Shown here: positions 1 to 13,400 of the stretch, in pieces | Numbering within the stretch: the stretch's first letter is position 1 | Layout of the letters: each line of letters begins with the position of its first letter | DNA from: Podarcis vaucheri | Taxonomy: Eukaryota | Assembly: GCA_965113315.1 (NCBI GenBank) | Contig: OZ220369.1 | Reading direction: 5' to 3' (one strand) | DNA length: 64,000 nt | Made by a program: the position numbers and the translations under genes | Notes under the pieces: model-generated | What the model was told of the DNA's origin: nothing | The model's input: only the letters and a program-made list of their open reading frames with translations | Database searches by the model: none

Positions 1-174
1 TACTTTGCAAAGGTCAGGTCCCTGCCCCACCTCCCTTACAATCGAGAATCCTGACACAAGGCACAAGCAGAGGAGGAGAGTTGGGGTCAGAAAATATGGG
101 GTTATTGCAGCTAGGAGGACTTGGACTGGGTTTGTGCGCTATTTTCCAGAGGAAAAGTCCTCTCTTTATTTTCT

Positions 175-375
175 GTGTTATTTAATTTTCCTCCAAGGAA
201 CTCGAGGTGGCATACATCGTTTTCTCCTCCTCCTCCATTTTTATAATTCACAATCCTGGGAGGTAGGTTAGACTGAGAGTGATTGGCCCAAAGTCACCCA
301 GTGTGCTTCCTGGCTGAGTGGGGATTCAGACCTGTCTCCCATGTCCAGCATTCTGACCACTACACCACACTGGCT
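175..375 (-). mobile_element. Squam3-like tRNA-derived SINE (similar copies near 22820-23010, 53460-53705, 62410-62630)
   Basis: Characteristic gaggtaggttagactgagag..ggcccaaagtcacccag..ggctgagtggggatt..accactacaccacactggct. Confidence 0.7.
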
Positions 376-518
376 GTCCAGTCCAAGTCTGGTTTAAAGA
401 TAAGCCAGCCTACCAGTAATTAGCAGATCAAGCAAGCACACAACTCCTCCCCCTCTGATATTTAAATCATTGTGATTTCCCCCTTAAAATATGCAAATAT
501 AATTGGTTTATGCAAATA

Positions 519-718
519 CAGTGGTACCTTGGGTTAAGAACTCAATTTGTTCTGGAGGTCCGTTCTTAACCTGAAACGGTTCTTAACCTGAGGTACCACT
601 TTAGCTAATGGGGCCTCCCACTGCCGCCGCATGATTTCTGTTCTCATTCTGAAGCAAAGTTCTTAACCCGAGGTACTATTTCTGGGTTAGCGGAGTCTGT
701 AACCTGAAGCGTCTGTAA
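519..718. mobile_element. MITE (CAGTGGTACCT TIR family), right end truncated
   Basis: TA|CAGTGGTACCTTGGGTTAAGAAC...; internal gttcttaacc repeats; ends at gcgtctgtaa without a terminal TIR. Confidence 0.75.
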
Positions 719-1110
719 TAATGCAAAGGTGTCCTCACTTTGTGTCATGCATTTCCTGTCCTTTGGCAATCTGTAGGTGTACTTTTTGCTTTTTAAGTAA
801 CTTTATTGGGTTTTATAAACAAGGATCATAGGAATTATAAGTTATACAAATAAATAGACCAAGTCTTCTCATGTCATTTGTACATCACAAAAATAGCATA
901 AAAAATTTGCAGTAACAGCTACAACATATCTTCAACCTTTTCCAACCAAAGACCCAGTTCTAATCCAAACATGCATATGGGAACAAGTTTCTCATTTATT
1001 TAACCATTTATCTGTATGTTGGCCATGCTGCTGCTGTGACCCACTTTAGATCATGCCGTGATCCAAACTGTTGGCCCCAACCTACTAGCTGAAGTCCCAG
1101 TATGTAGTTT

Positions 1111-1205
1111 AGGGCTTTAAACGGCAACAACAAAACCTTGAACTTGGCTTGGTAAGCAATAGGCAGTCAGTGCAGATTGTTTAACCCTAGTGGATGTGTT
1201 CAAAG
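1111..1205 (-). mobile_element. L2 LINE fragment
   Basis: Minus-strand NLH*LPIAYQAKFKVLLLPFKAL. Confidence 0.7.
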
Positions 1206-2614
1206 CCGGATGTCCCATGAAGCCCCCTTGTGGAGCAGAAGGGACAGTTTCTAGAACTCACCTTGACAATGCTGGATTTCCAGTTGTAAAGATTTGCTTC
1301 TGTTCCTGTAAGAATGTGGCTGAAACCCTGAACATACTTCTCAATTAATATGATTTGTGCAAGGCATTTTTAATCTTCTTGCAGACACGGTTTGGTCCAT
1401 TAGAATAGAATCCACAGATCAGCTAAATAGCCAACATTCATGGTACAGTCTGCAAGCTTTCAAGTTACGCAGAACTCTTTGCCAGGCTAGATAAGACGGA
1501 AAAGAATGCATCTTGGGTGAAGGAACACCACACAAGGTGCTTGTGGGGCACTGCCATTTCCCTGTTTCCAGTCTCCATTGCTGAGAATATTTATTTTTTC
1601 TTTAAAGGGATATAGTTGAGCTGAAAGCCTATACAAAGGTCACATCCATCCAGAAGGATTTGCATTTCTCAGAAAGGCCTTTGTTGGGCAAGACAGAGAA
1701 CGGGGTGGGTGGGTGATGAAGCAGAAGGTCACTGTGTAGGCTATTTTCACAGCTGTCCCTGCTAATACTAGGATTTTCTCAAAGACAAATTATCTCCTCC
1801 ACCACCAGAAAAAATCCTTTCCCCCAACAGCTGGCCCAAGCTGGCCAGTCCTTAGCAACAGAAGAAACAAACACTGACCCAAGCATGCAACTTTCCATCG
1901 GAACACAGAGCTTTTTTAACAGCTATATCCCCAAAGACAGGAAGTGATTGGAATTGTAGGGGGGTTCTGCTTTGCAGTTGAGTTTGTTCTGCAATTTCGT
2001 CACCAATTCGGCTTTTCTGTGACAACCCTAACACCTTCCTTTTCACAGGAGAAGGCTATAGATAGCATCTTTATTACAACTTTGCCATCTTTATTGGATC
2101 TGTCTTCACAACAACCCTGTGAGATAGGCTACTGTCATAAAGTTTGACAGAGAAGGTGACTTACTCAAGGCTACTTAATGAATCCATGGCAGAGGCCAGT
2201 CTTTCAATGTCTCCCCTGGGATCCACTTAGTGAAGTGGAACATGACTTTGCTGGTGTAGGCATGTGAAGAAATTCATCACAGCTTAAACCAAAAGGCTTG
2301 GCTTATCAGACAGAATTCTAGCATGACAGGTCCCCAAGGCACTTCTTCTCCTTCCCCTCCCCAACTTCTCACATTTTAAAATACTGCGCGCCGGGATTTG
2401 CATTTCAAATCTTATTATCTTCCACAATCTCATTCAACAAGGAGCTCAGGGAAGAGACACACAGCACTTGTAGATCACATATTATATTGGTCTTAATTTC
2501 TTACAATCACACAATAAGAAAGTTATAAAGCTGACAAAAGTATTTCTTGAAAGTTAACAACAAACATATAGAACTCTTCTAATCATACTAAAAACAACAT
2601 CACAGCAGCAGACA

Positions 2615-2620
2615 TTTATT
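2615..2620 (-). terminator. Probable GALNS poly(A) signal (AATAAA), giving a 3'UTR of about 1.55 kb
   Basis: Minus-strand AATAAA followed by GU/U-rich tgtctgctgctgtgatgttgtttttag. Confidence 0.55.
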
Positions 2621-3267
2621 CATATTAACCTTTGGCACTTCTTGAAAAATGTATATTTTGGCACCATTTGAGACCAAGTCTTAAACGAAATGTTGGCAAT
2701 GGAGAACACTTCTTTGCACAGCAAAATAACCAAAGAAAGGTTTACCTTGCCAGCCATCTGTTTCCAGCAATGGCTGACCAGGTGCCTCCAAGGAGCCCAC
2801 AAGCTGGGCGTGATGACAACTGCCCTGTTGTTCTTCCATCCCACAGCAACTGGCATGTAGAGGTAGACTGCCTCTAAACATAGAAGTTCCACTTAGCTAT
2901 CAGAGGCATTAACTATTGATAATATAGCTCAGGTGTGGGGAGCCTCTGGCCAGACCATTTTGGCTGAGCCACACTCACCTGCCCTACAACTGCTAACATA
3001 TATTGCATCAGATGTGAGATGCAGGTAAAGTAATAGCTGGGCCCAAAAGGGCACCTGCGGAGCCCTTTTTGAAGTGCAATACAGGACTCTCTGCAAACAC
3101 CACTGATCAGCTGACTGTTAGTGCTCAAAGAGAGCCCTGCACTGCCAAAGCCGCAACAATCAGCTGGGATTGGCTGCACTAGGAAGTTATCTAGTGCAGC
3201 CAAGGGGGCTACAGGAAGCAACTTGGATTTAAAGCACTTCCTCCTGAGTTTTGAATCCAAAAAGCTT

Positions 3268-3282
3268 AAAAAGAAAAAGAAA

Positions 3283-3330
<48 letters not shown>
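3268..3330. repeat. (AAAG)n microsatellite in the predicted GALNS 3'UTR
   Basis: Direct reading. Confidence 0.95.
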
Positions 3331-4158
3331 GACAAAGCAGTTTGTATTGAAAAAGCTGGAGAAAGCACTTTGAGTAGAGACCATTTTCTTTGCAAAGGGA
3401 AAAAGACTTCAATTTTAGGTGCATTGTCCTCTCTGCAAAGACTTCAAAGGGGCTTCCTGTAACTAATGATCAGCTGAATGGTGGATATGGCTAGTTCATT
3501 GCAGTTCCAGTGCCAATCAGCTGATTGGTGCTGGAATAACATCCTCAAAGGAGGATGCAACAACCTCCTTTAAACTTTGACACCATTATGATGTCTGGTG
3601 ATTGACAGGTGGGTAGTCTTGCCCACCTGCCAAAGCTGGCCTGCAGAGGGTATGGGAGACATTATAGCCAATAGACTGTAATGTTGCTGGCACTGCATGC
3701 AGTGAGCAGCAGTCTTTGCTCCAAGCACATTTAAGCAACACTGTACATTCGCTGGAGCCACTGAATACTGGCATCAACGCTTAACAATTTTTAGATGGCA
3801 CAAAGATGCTCTGCCTCATCAGGTCCAGAAGGGTTCCTGAGCTCCAGGACAAACTTCCAATTCTAGGCAGTGGGAGGGGAGCAGAATGCTGTGAGAGATG
3901 ATAACTGAGAGCTCAGTCTCAAAGGAACTTATGAGTAGCAAAGGACTAAGGCAGGCTCTCCAGCCCTAATATCTGAAATAGTCTTAAGCTCACAGCACCT
4001 TGGCCCTGTCTGTACTGAGAGGCTGAATTCATATAGATTTACTGCTGTAACCCTGAGAAAGAGAGGAGGGAAACACTCTGGGCTTCTTCCCACAATGCCC
4101 CTTTTCTGAAGAAATGATCCGCAGCAGCCCTGTCTCCAGCAGGTCAGGCATGAGATGC

Positions 4159-4245
4159 TCAGTGGGACCAAAAGCACTTTTGAGGGTTGGGGCTGGGAGG
4201 CTTCAAACACTTCCCTATCTTCTCACAGCCTGGAGGAGCCCAATT
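4159..4245 (-). CDS. GALNS: GALNS exon 14, coding part
   Basis: tgcaacag|[31 protein letters not shown]. Confidence 0.96.
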   Translation of the reverse strand, partial: NWAPPGCEKIGKCLKPPSPNPQKCFWSH

Positions 4246-7200
4246 CTGTTGCAAGACAGGAAGAGAAACTGGATCAGCCACAAATCACTAGGAAAAATTA
4301 GTATCTGAATTTGCTTGCTTTCCTGTTATATCCCAACCCACCCCCATTTTCAGATGATGTCTCTCACCTTGGTAGCCTGGAGGCAGGGGCTGTTGGTTTG
4401 TTTTGTTTTTAAAAACCAAACACTTTGTGCATTACTTAGGATACCTTTGGCCAGAAGTACCGTATTTTTCGCACTATAGGACGCACTTTTTCCCCTCCAA
4501 AAATGAAGGGGAAATGTGTGTGCGTCCTATGGGGCGAATGCAGGCTTTCGCTGAAGCCTGGAGAGCGAGAGGGGTCGGTGCGCACCGACCCCTCTCCTCT
4601 CCAGGCTTCAGGAGAGCCCCGTCGCCAGCCCCACAAGCTCGGGGGACAGCGGGAGAGGCGCAGCGCGCCCTTCCCGCTGTCCCCCGACTTGGTTAGAAGG
4701 CTGGGGGGGGCCTGCTCCTCCCCATCGCCAGCCCCGCAAACTTGGGGGACAGCGGGAGAGGCGCAGCGCGCCCTTCCCGCTGTCCCCCGACTTGGTTAGA
4801 AGGCTGGCGGGGGGGGGGGAGCCTGGTTTTGCGGGAGGCGGGGGAATCCCCCCGCCTCCCAGGAAAGCCAGGAGAAGCCGTGCAGCCCTTTTAAAAGGCG
4901 CGCGGCTTCTGCCGGTTTTGCGGGAGGTGGGGGAATCCCCCCGCCTCCCAGGAAAGCCAGGAGAAGCCGTGCAGCCCTTTTAAAAGGCGCACGGCTTCTG
5001 CCGGTTTTGCGGGAGGCAGGGGAATCCCCCCGCCTCCCAGGAAAGCCAGGAGAAGCCGCGATCTCTTTAAAGGGTTTGCACGGCTTCTGCGGGCTTTTGG
5101 GAGAGGTGAGGGAATCCCCCCACCTCCCAGTAAAGCCAGGAAAGCCCTGTGCAGCCCCTCCGCCAAGGAGAGGCTGCACGGGGCTAAAGGGGAAGCCAAA
5201 ACAGCGAGCGGGATCCATCCCGCTCGCTGCCTTGGCTTCCTCCATAGCTGCGCGCAACCCCTCTGCCAAGGAGAGGCTGCACGGGGCTATGGATTCTTTA
5301 GCCCCACGCAGCCTCTCCCGGGAGGGAGAGGCTGCACGGGGCTAGTGGAAGCCAAAACAGCGAGCAGGATCCATCCCGCTCGCTGCCTTGGCTTGATCCA
5401 TAGCTGCACGCAACCCCTCCGGCAGGGAGAGGTTGTGTGCAGCCTGTACGCTGCTCTTTGGGGCTGCGGGGGGGGAAAAGATTTTTCTTCTTGAATTCCC
5501 CCCCTAAAAACTGGGTGCGCCCTATGGTCCGATGCGCCCTATGGTGCGAAAAATACGGTAGCTAACCTGAAAGCCTCTGATGCTCTGCTTCCAACCCCCA
5601 TCCCCCCTGAACACTGTCCTTCCTGGCTGGGGCTGATGGGAGGTGGAATCCAGCAAGGTCTGGAGGGATGCAGGTTCCTCACCCCAAGGCTCAGGCACTT
5701 TATTAACAACAACAACTACTTATTTCTGTTAGAAAAGTGACATTCAAGAATCACTACACCCTGTGCACAGGATGGTAAAACTAGTGCAAAGACCCACATG
5801 CTAAAACCCCATTCCACCAGACTGGGCTGCCTTGTCCTCTTCACAACAGGGTCATGTATTAGCTCCCCCCCCCCCCCGCCGCTGCCGCACTATCCCTGCA
5901 TTATTCTGGGGCTGTCTCAAATCCCTCTTCTGGCATCGTGATAAGTGAGCAAACCTTTGTATTGCTGACAGGAAGAGAGAAACAGCCCTAGACTTTGAAA
6001 GGCTCTATAATTATTTTGCACAGACATATTTGCGGAGATTACCCAAAGCGCTCAGGAGAAGACAGCAGTCTCGGAAGGCCAAGGGTGAGACAGATAAGAA
6101 CATTTGTGTTTTAATGAGCAGTTTGATGGATTAGCCCGCCAACTGATGGATTAGAAGGCATTTACATGGCGACACCGAAACAGGAGAGCTCAGCCTCGAC
6201 ACCTCTGTGGTTCACCGGAATTATCATGCCCTTGCTTGAGTTTTGTAGAAGACAGCCAATGTCAGGAAGGAGGAAGAGGACACCCTCCACTAAGAGAAAT
6301 CCCTCCTAGAACCCAGAAGTGATTGGTTACAACCTACCCACCTGAGAAGTCTCAAGGGGGCCTTTAGTCACCAAACAGCCTGTCTTTAGATGCCATGCAG
6401 GATGAGCAGCACAGAATTCTCCAAGGGTGTTCCTGAGGGCAGTGGGTCACACACCTGGGGCACCAGGGGAGAAAGTGCCAAAGTGCCTTCCCTCAAATTC
6501 TTCACCTCAGCCCTTAATCCAGTGAGCTTCCTCGCTCCCACCCTTATCTCTGGGTCCCTCTGGCTCTGTCATCTTCGCCCTTGTGCTGGAAAAGCCTCTT
6601 ATCCCTCAAAGGCATGTTTATGCCTAGCCTTTACTCTGGCCTCTGACACTTGAGATAGATAATATTTTGGGCCCCACCCAATTCCTGTGGCTGTCATTTG
6701 TTTTAAAACGTTATTAATACTGTATTTTCAGATCACTGTAACTTGCCCTGGGACCTTATGGTGAAGGGCAGGTAATAAATAAGGGAATCAACTCTATTTG
6801 GAACAGAGCTGAAAGCAGCTCTGGAGAAGGCAAGTGAAAACCAGCAATACAGAGTCAAGCCCTCACTCCTCATCAGCTAGTGTGGACAAGTCAAGAGGGC
6901 CTAGACTTCTGCATGAGCCACTCTCAGTCCCCATAAAATGCTCTCTGCTGCACATCCCTCATAAGCCACCCTACCTTCTTCCAATTTGTTCCTTCCCTCA
7001 TTTGAACCTTTGCTGCTCATTAGTCAATCTATGACCCTCCGTTTTGGTCTTTTTCATCCAGCAAAGGCTGCAAGGCCTCTGAGGCGGAGAATGCCTCACA
7101 TCCATATTCTGTACTGCACCTAGCACACGCTTGGCCCAACATCAATCACCTTCAAAGGGCAGCCAAGCGCATCACCATCTCCCTCCTTCGGCGTCTCTCT

Positions 7201-10200
7201 GCAAAGCCCACCCATCCATGGGAGAATCCAGCTGTCAGTTTATTAAAGGTCATTCCTGCCCGCTCTGTGCTGTTTGCGTTATTTTTATCTGCTTTGTTTC
7301 ATGTGAGAGCCCTACAGGGGGAAATAGTTTTCGAGAGGCTGCTGGTGAGTGAGGCTTTGCATTCTGCACTGCTAACACCAGGTGGCAATGATGGCCTGGC
7401 AATCACAGCAAAGGGCATTTTTGCAGGCATTCAGCTCTTGGAAGGAGGGCTCCAGCCAACTTAAAGAACAATTAACAGGGTTTTCATAATCTGTCCATCA
7501 CTTCCAAAATGTAAAGGGAAGGAGAGTGGAAGCGGTGCAAGGCAAACAGATGGAAGCCTCAGTTGCCAGAGAAGCTGAAGTTTCTCACAGAGAGTTGGAC
7601 TCTCCTAGATTTTATGACTGCAAGGGTCAAATTTCTACCTCTTTCAAGGTGCTGTGGTCCCTTGTACACTAACTGGCAACAGATCTCCGGAGTTTCAGAC
7701 AGTGCTATTTCCCAGCCATACCTGGAGATACCAGGAGTCGAACCTAAGACCTACTGCATCCAAAGCACATACTAGGCACTGCAAAAGCTGAGAAGAGGAA
7801 AGATGCCTCATTGATGATGGACAGAGACTTTTCAGGCTCATTTCCATATGTATGGAACTGGTCTTTCAGTGCTGCTGCCTCTTTGAATTCACAAAGGAAG
7901 ATATAGTGACAACAGAAAGGCATGGACTTTTTTTTTTACATAAACTCCTAGTGAATTGAAGCACTTCCTGCAAAAAGGGGAAGATGATGTTCTGAGTTGC
8001 CCAACCTAAGGGGAGATAAGCTCCACAGACTACATGAAGGACCAAGGGGTTTTATGCTTATTTACATTTTAATCCCTTACCATGACCGCCTTGTCACAGA
8101 CGTTCAGCTGAGGCTGCCCAGGTAGCAATGTCTCCTTGTGCTGCTCGACGATGGGGGAGATTCTTTCTATAACACTTTGGTATTCAGCACTTGAAAAACT
8201 GGAAAGGCAGAAAAAGGAGATCAGGCACGACAGAGATGTAAACACAAGGAATGCTGGCGTACCTGGTGTGGTGGATGGGAGATTGCTGTGATATACCACA
8301 TTAGACTTCTTTGACTATTTAGCCCAGCATCGTCAACTCTGACTGGCAGCAACTATTCACCACCTGCTACCAGATCTACCAGGGACTTCTGCAGGCAAAG
8401 CAGGCGCTCTATCATGGAGCTGTGGCTTGTGCTGAGTTACTCAACCCATATGTGGAGTGGCAGATGCGGAGAGCCATCAATGACAACTTCTGCTCACTCT
8501 GGAGATGGTGCAGCACAGTCTAGATTAAAATTTCACTTGCTGCACGGCTGTGGATGCATGGAGTTCTCACATTAGGGCAGGAGTGGGCAGATGGTAGACA
8601 GACAGCTTGTACACAGAGATCATCCCAGCAAGCGGCTAATGGGGTGTGCAGCAGAAAACTGGCTCTGCTCCTTGAACTACCTTTCTGAGCCTGGTTCTGG
8701 TTGGTGGATCCTGGGATTCTAATTTACAAACAACAACATAGTTCTCCCAAGCCTGACATTTGTTCATGGTTGAATTAGGGATTACCAGACCTAGACAGCT
8801 TAAAAAACAGTCCTTCGGCTTCAACCCTAAGGGCCCACCACACTTGCTACCATGCCTTCAGATGGTTCCTGGACCTGGATGCTTAAAACACTGTTAGGAA
8901 TAGCATAGAATACGAAGATTGGCCTTCAGCAGGCCCAAGATGCCGTGGATACACAGGGAGCATCACAGCATCTGCCTCACCCTCTGCCTGCTCCCAAGGT
9001 AATAAGACATAGACTCCATGCCACAGGAACACAAAAGTGGACTGACTCAAGTTATGCTTCACAGAATGGTACCCATTTAAATAGATGTGAATTCCTCCAC
9101 TGCCACCCTACTGCCACAGAGTGAGCAAAGCACTGACATGTTCAAGGGAATATATTATCTCGAGAGTATATTTTACTTACTTACTTGTTAGAGTCTTTAA
9201 TCTCATTTTGTTCCCAAATTCTGAATAGGAAGTTAAGTAGTAACACAGAAAACACCTTCAACAACTCAACACCAAGTGATCCAAATCTTTATTTCTGTTT
9301 TGGACACTGCAATCATCCAAAGCTGATGTAGTTTAAATGTTCAAAGCTATGACCAATCCAGATCCAGCCTGGATCTCGGTTGCAAGATGTCTTATTGTGG
9401 CTTCAGCAGCTTTGAGAGGTGGAGAGAGCAATTCTGAGCATGTGGCAATGTGTGTGCCCCACACGGGAACACACACTGAAGACCTTTACCTTGGTTGACT
9501 TTCGTCTGTACAAAAAGTCACTTGAATTAGAACTTCCTAAGATCGTGGAACGTGCAATGTTAGAAATATTGTAAAAAGTTGGAAAAACTAATAACTAGAT
9601 TAAAAGTAACGGATGCAGTGGAAAAGGTTGTGAAGGATATATGCAGGACATGTGGCAAGAGGCAATTTGGGCTGATGAAGGTTAATCAATGCTACAATTT
9701 CAAAAGGCCAAGGGCATGACCACCTATGTAATGGGTAGACAATCTAAAATTAATAGCAGGGCTTATGTGGATGCAAGAAGCAAGCAACAGAAGATGATGG
9801 AGGGAACTTGAAGAGGCATCTATCCAAAGATGGGTGAGAGATGATGGAGAAGACGAAGAAAAGGTTGGACACCTTGCATTGTTTTCACACAAGAGGGCTT
9901 TCACTGACTCTCCTGTGAATGCTAAGGAGGAGCAGGAAACCAGGCCCCTTCCCACTCTCCCCCACCCCAACAACCCACCCCTTACTCTTATCAGGATTAT
10001 AAACTTCAGCAGGTATTTGTTTAAGTGGCTTAACGTTCCCTTTCACTGTGGTATTACTTCAAGTACTTCTTAAATGGAGGATTAATACCCAGTGATCTCA
10101 TTTTGTCCATCATATTAAGAGTCACTTAGGAAACAAAGAACTGCAAATTGCTTTTGGAGATAAAATGGAAACAATGCCACTCAGGCCTGACCCTGGACCC

Positions 10201-10351
10201 CCTTTACTTCTGGTCCGAGCTGCCCACTGGCCCCGGGGGCTCCAGAGCATTTCCTTCTCCAAAATCAATCACATTCGAAACCGAGGAACACGCCAACGGT
10301 TTCCAGTAAGTGCTATAAATACCATATCTTCTTGGCAGCCTTCCAGACAAA

Positions 10352-10401
<50 letters not shown>

Positions 10402-13400
10402 GTCCAATGGATCTAAGCATGGCTCAGAACAAAGTGGAAGGAAGGTTGCAAGGAGGAATTGCATTCTTGAGAACAATGACAGACTTCATCTCAGCGAAGA
10501 GAGAATTTGTGACCTCTTCTGCCACAGAACGTAAGAACCAACTGCTGGAGGAGACCCAATGGCAGTCTCTCTAGCCCAGGATCTTGCTTCCCAGTAGCCA
10601 ACCAGATACAGATAAGCTATCAGTGGCTACTAGCCATTTTCTTGATCACTATACATCTGTTGATGCACCCTAGAATAGCATTCACTTCTTTTGCTGCTAC
10701 ATCACACTGTTGGCTCAAGTTTGACTTGCAATTGTCCCTACTGAAATTCATTCTGTTAGTTTTGGCCCAGTTCTCCAATCTGTTAAGGTCATCTGTTGTG
10801 CTCAGGTCCCTGCCTGTAGGCTTCCTGTAGGAATCTGCTTAGCCAATGTGAGAACAGGTTGCTGAAGTCTCTGGAAAATAGGGGCCTGCTTTGATCTGAA
10901 CCCACTATCCCACTTTTTAAGAGGGGTAGCCCTGGTTGATCTGTTGCATCAAACAGACTGTTTGTGGCACTGAAAACAAATGCAAAGGCATTTCAAGAAA
11001 TTAGTAATGTGAGCATAAAATTTATATGCACACAAAGAAAGAACAGTGCAAGTCATTCCCAACAACTGACAATGGGGAGAAATAAGTAGAGCAAGAACTG
11101 TAGTATTGTATTGTATTGTCATCATATAGTATTAACACACAGAGAAAGAGGCAACGGCCTGGTTCATGCGCCAAACTATGGCATCCTGGAACTGTGCAAA
11201 TGTACAGGCTCCTGGAGAACAGCTCGCAGCTGCTTTGCTCTTCCCCAATTTTTCACTCCTGTGCTGTGCTATGCAAGGCCAAGTCGAGCCACAATGGAGC
11301 CAGGCAATGGCGCACCAACCTCACCTGTCTGTCTTCTTGCAGCTGCCCACCAGACATTGCTGTCAAGTTTAATAAAAGCAGGGAACATGGGCATCAGCCA
11401 GCACTGGGTGATGGAGGCTGTTTATTTCACTGGGGTGCACACAGGAAATCTTCCCACACAAAAGCAGAGAGCCAGCAGCACAGATTGTAGAGATCTTGTC
11501 TTCTCCTGCGCTTATCCTCATCAGCTATTTGAACTGATTAACAGGCTGGTGCACATATAGATTGTATATGGGATGTACAATACCCCCTGCTCTGCAAAGA
11601 AAAGCTGCTTGGTCATGCCCACCTCTGCATTATCCAAGGGAGGAAAAAGAATCATGAGGGAATGAATGACCAGAATCCACAGCAATTTTCATGCTGCTGC
11701 TGGTGCTATGCCTGTACAGGTGTTTGGAACGCCTATTGTCTAAGCAAACTGACAGGCTGCTTTGCCCCTGGGCCGCCCTAAATTTGTATTCCGTCTCTTC
11801 AAGCCTGCCAAAGGGAGGATGGGAATTGCAGTGGAAGAATGAGAGGGAAGAGCGCGCCAGGGTGAGCAGGTGGTGTTGTGAGGAGTTTGCTCGGAGAGAT
11901 TCCCCCTGTGTACGCAGAATTATTCCACGCTCAGGATGAAGGAGCAGAGTGGACAGAGTCCAGGGTCATTACACTAATTGACACTTTACCTCCAGGAAGT
12001 CCCCAGAGAGCCAATCAGGGATGGATTGGAGGCGCAAGGTCCCAGGCACAGGTGTGGCGTGTGTTTAGTTCATTTAGCGTAATTGTGCTTCTGCAATCTG
12101 TTCTCATTGCCCTCCCACTCCAAGCAAAATCTGTACACAACTCACTCCATTGTTAACCCCGCCGTGGCCTGCCGTGAAAACTCAGTTTGGGGCTGGAAGG
12201 AAGGAGCTGGTGTTAATATATTGCCTCCCTCCCTGGGCTATGATGATCTTAATCTTTGAGCCTTTACACTCCTCTTTCCAGCTTCACAGAACTGTCTGAG
12301 GTTACGGAATCTGAATGATGAGAAGCCAAGCTGTAAATATATATATATAGCTTTTTTGTATTTCTCTCTTCCTTTGTTTAAGTATCTGTGTACATACACA
12401 CACACACACACACTCTCTCTTTCTGCATCCAAATGCCTGTAAAGCCAGGTGGTGCAGCTCTTTCCATCTGCAATGAGTTGTGTGCCTCACCCCCTGACTC
12501 AAGACAAAACAAAGAAGGATCTGGTAACATAGGAGTCTTTGCTGGAGAGAGCATTTCCCACCCCTAAAAACTTAAGATGCATAACAATGCAAGTTGGCAT
12601 AATATAGACATCACCTCACCTATTTTCTCCCCATTTTATATTTTATTCCAAGACAGGCTGTCATTTAAAAAACAACACCACTCTTCCACAGACCTAGACA
12701 CTGGGAGAACAGCTTGGAACCCTGAGACTACAAAGAGAGAGAGCATGAACTATGCTGGACTATGAGGGACCTATGGCCTGATCCAGCTTTGGGGATCTTC
12801 TTATGTTCAGTGGTATGTGCAATACAGTGAGCTCAGGTTTACAGCATCCCCACAGACAGGCAGGTCCTCCCCATATTCTGTGGACAGAATCACCGACAAG
12901 CCCGTTTTTGTTCCTCTGCTTGCAAGGCCCTTGCTGGTACCCATCTTTCGAGTGAAATTATGCCTGGGCAAGAAAACACTTGCTCTCCCTCTGAGAAGCA
13001 CTAATACAGGGACTCCCAACAGGCAGGCTGCCAAGGGGGATAATTAAGGCAAATCAAAAATACGCACCCGCCACACTAGTAACATCTCTGCAAATGAGGA
13101 TAATTTAATTACCCACAAAGAAGGGGAGACCTCCTTTCCACAAGGCTTCCAATGTGACCGGAGATATGAGAGGATATAAACATTAGAGAGCTTCCCAAAT
13201 GAACTTTCATTTGGTTTATTATTATATTTATTTAAAGAGAGAGAGAGAATGTGCGCCTTTCTATTATGCCCTGCATATTAAAACATCATTTCGCCATAAT
13301 CGTGTCATAATCTCCCCATAAAATTCAATCAAGACAATAGCTTGCCGGGTGTTTGGAAAGCAAGGGAGCCAGATGAGAAATGGCTGCAGATGAAAACAAT

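Noticed and set aside
1-2600. Expected APRT, the human neighbour 3' of GALNS
   Set aside because: No APRT-like exon or CpG island is recognisable here; it probably lies outside the window.
2913-3462. 160-aa and 113-aa ORFs with F/S-rich or K/E/R-rich runs
   Set aside because: They are produced by the (AAAG)n microsatellite in the GALNS 3'UTR and show no protein-family signature.
4825-5140. Regularly spaced palindromic repeats resembling a CRISPR array
   Set aside because: The units are near-identical end to end, with no unique spacers and no cas genes, in a vertebrate intron.
4403-5345. Cluster of overlapping ORFs with repeated peptides (GGGGIPPPP..)
   Set aside because: Translation of stop-poor, GC-rich tandem units inside the transposon; no transposase motifs.
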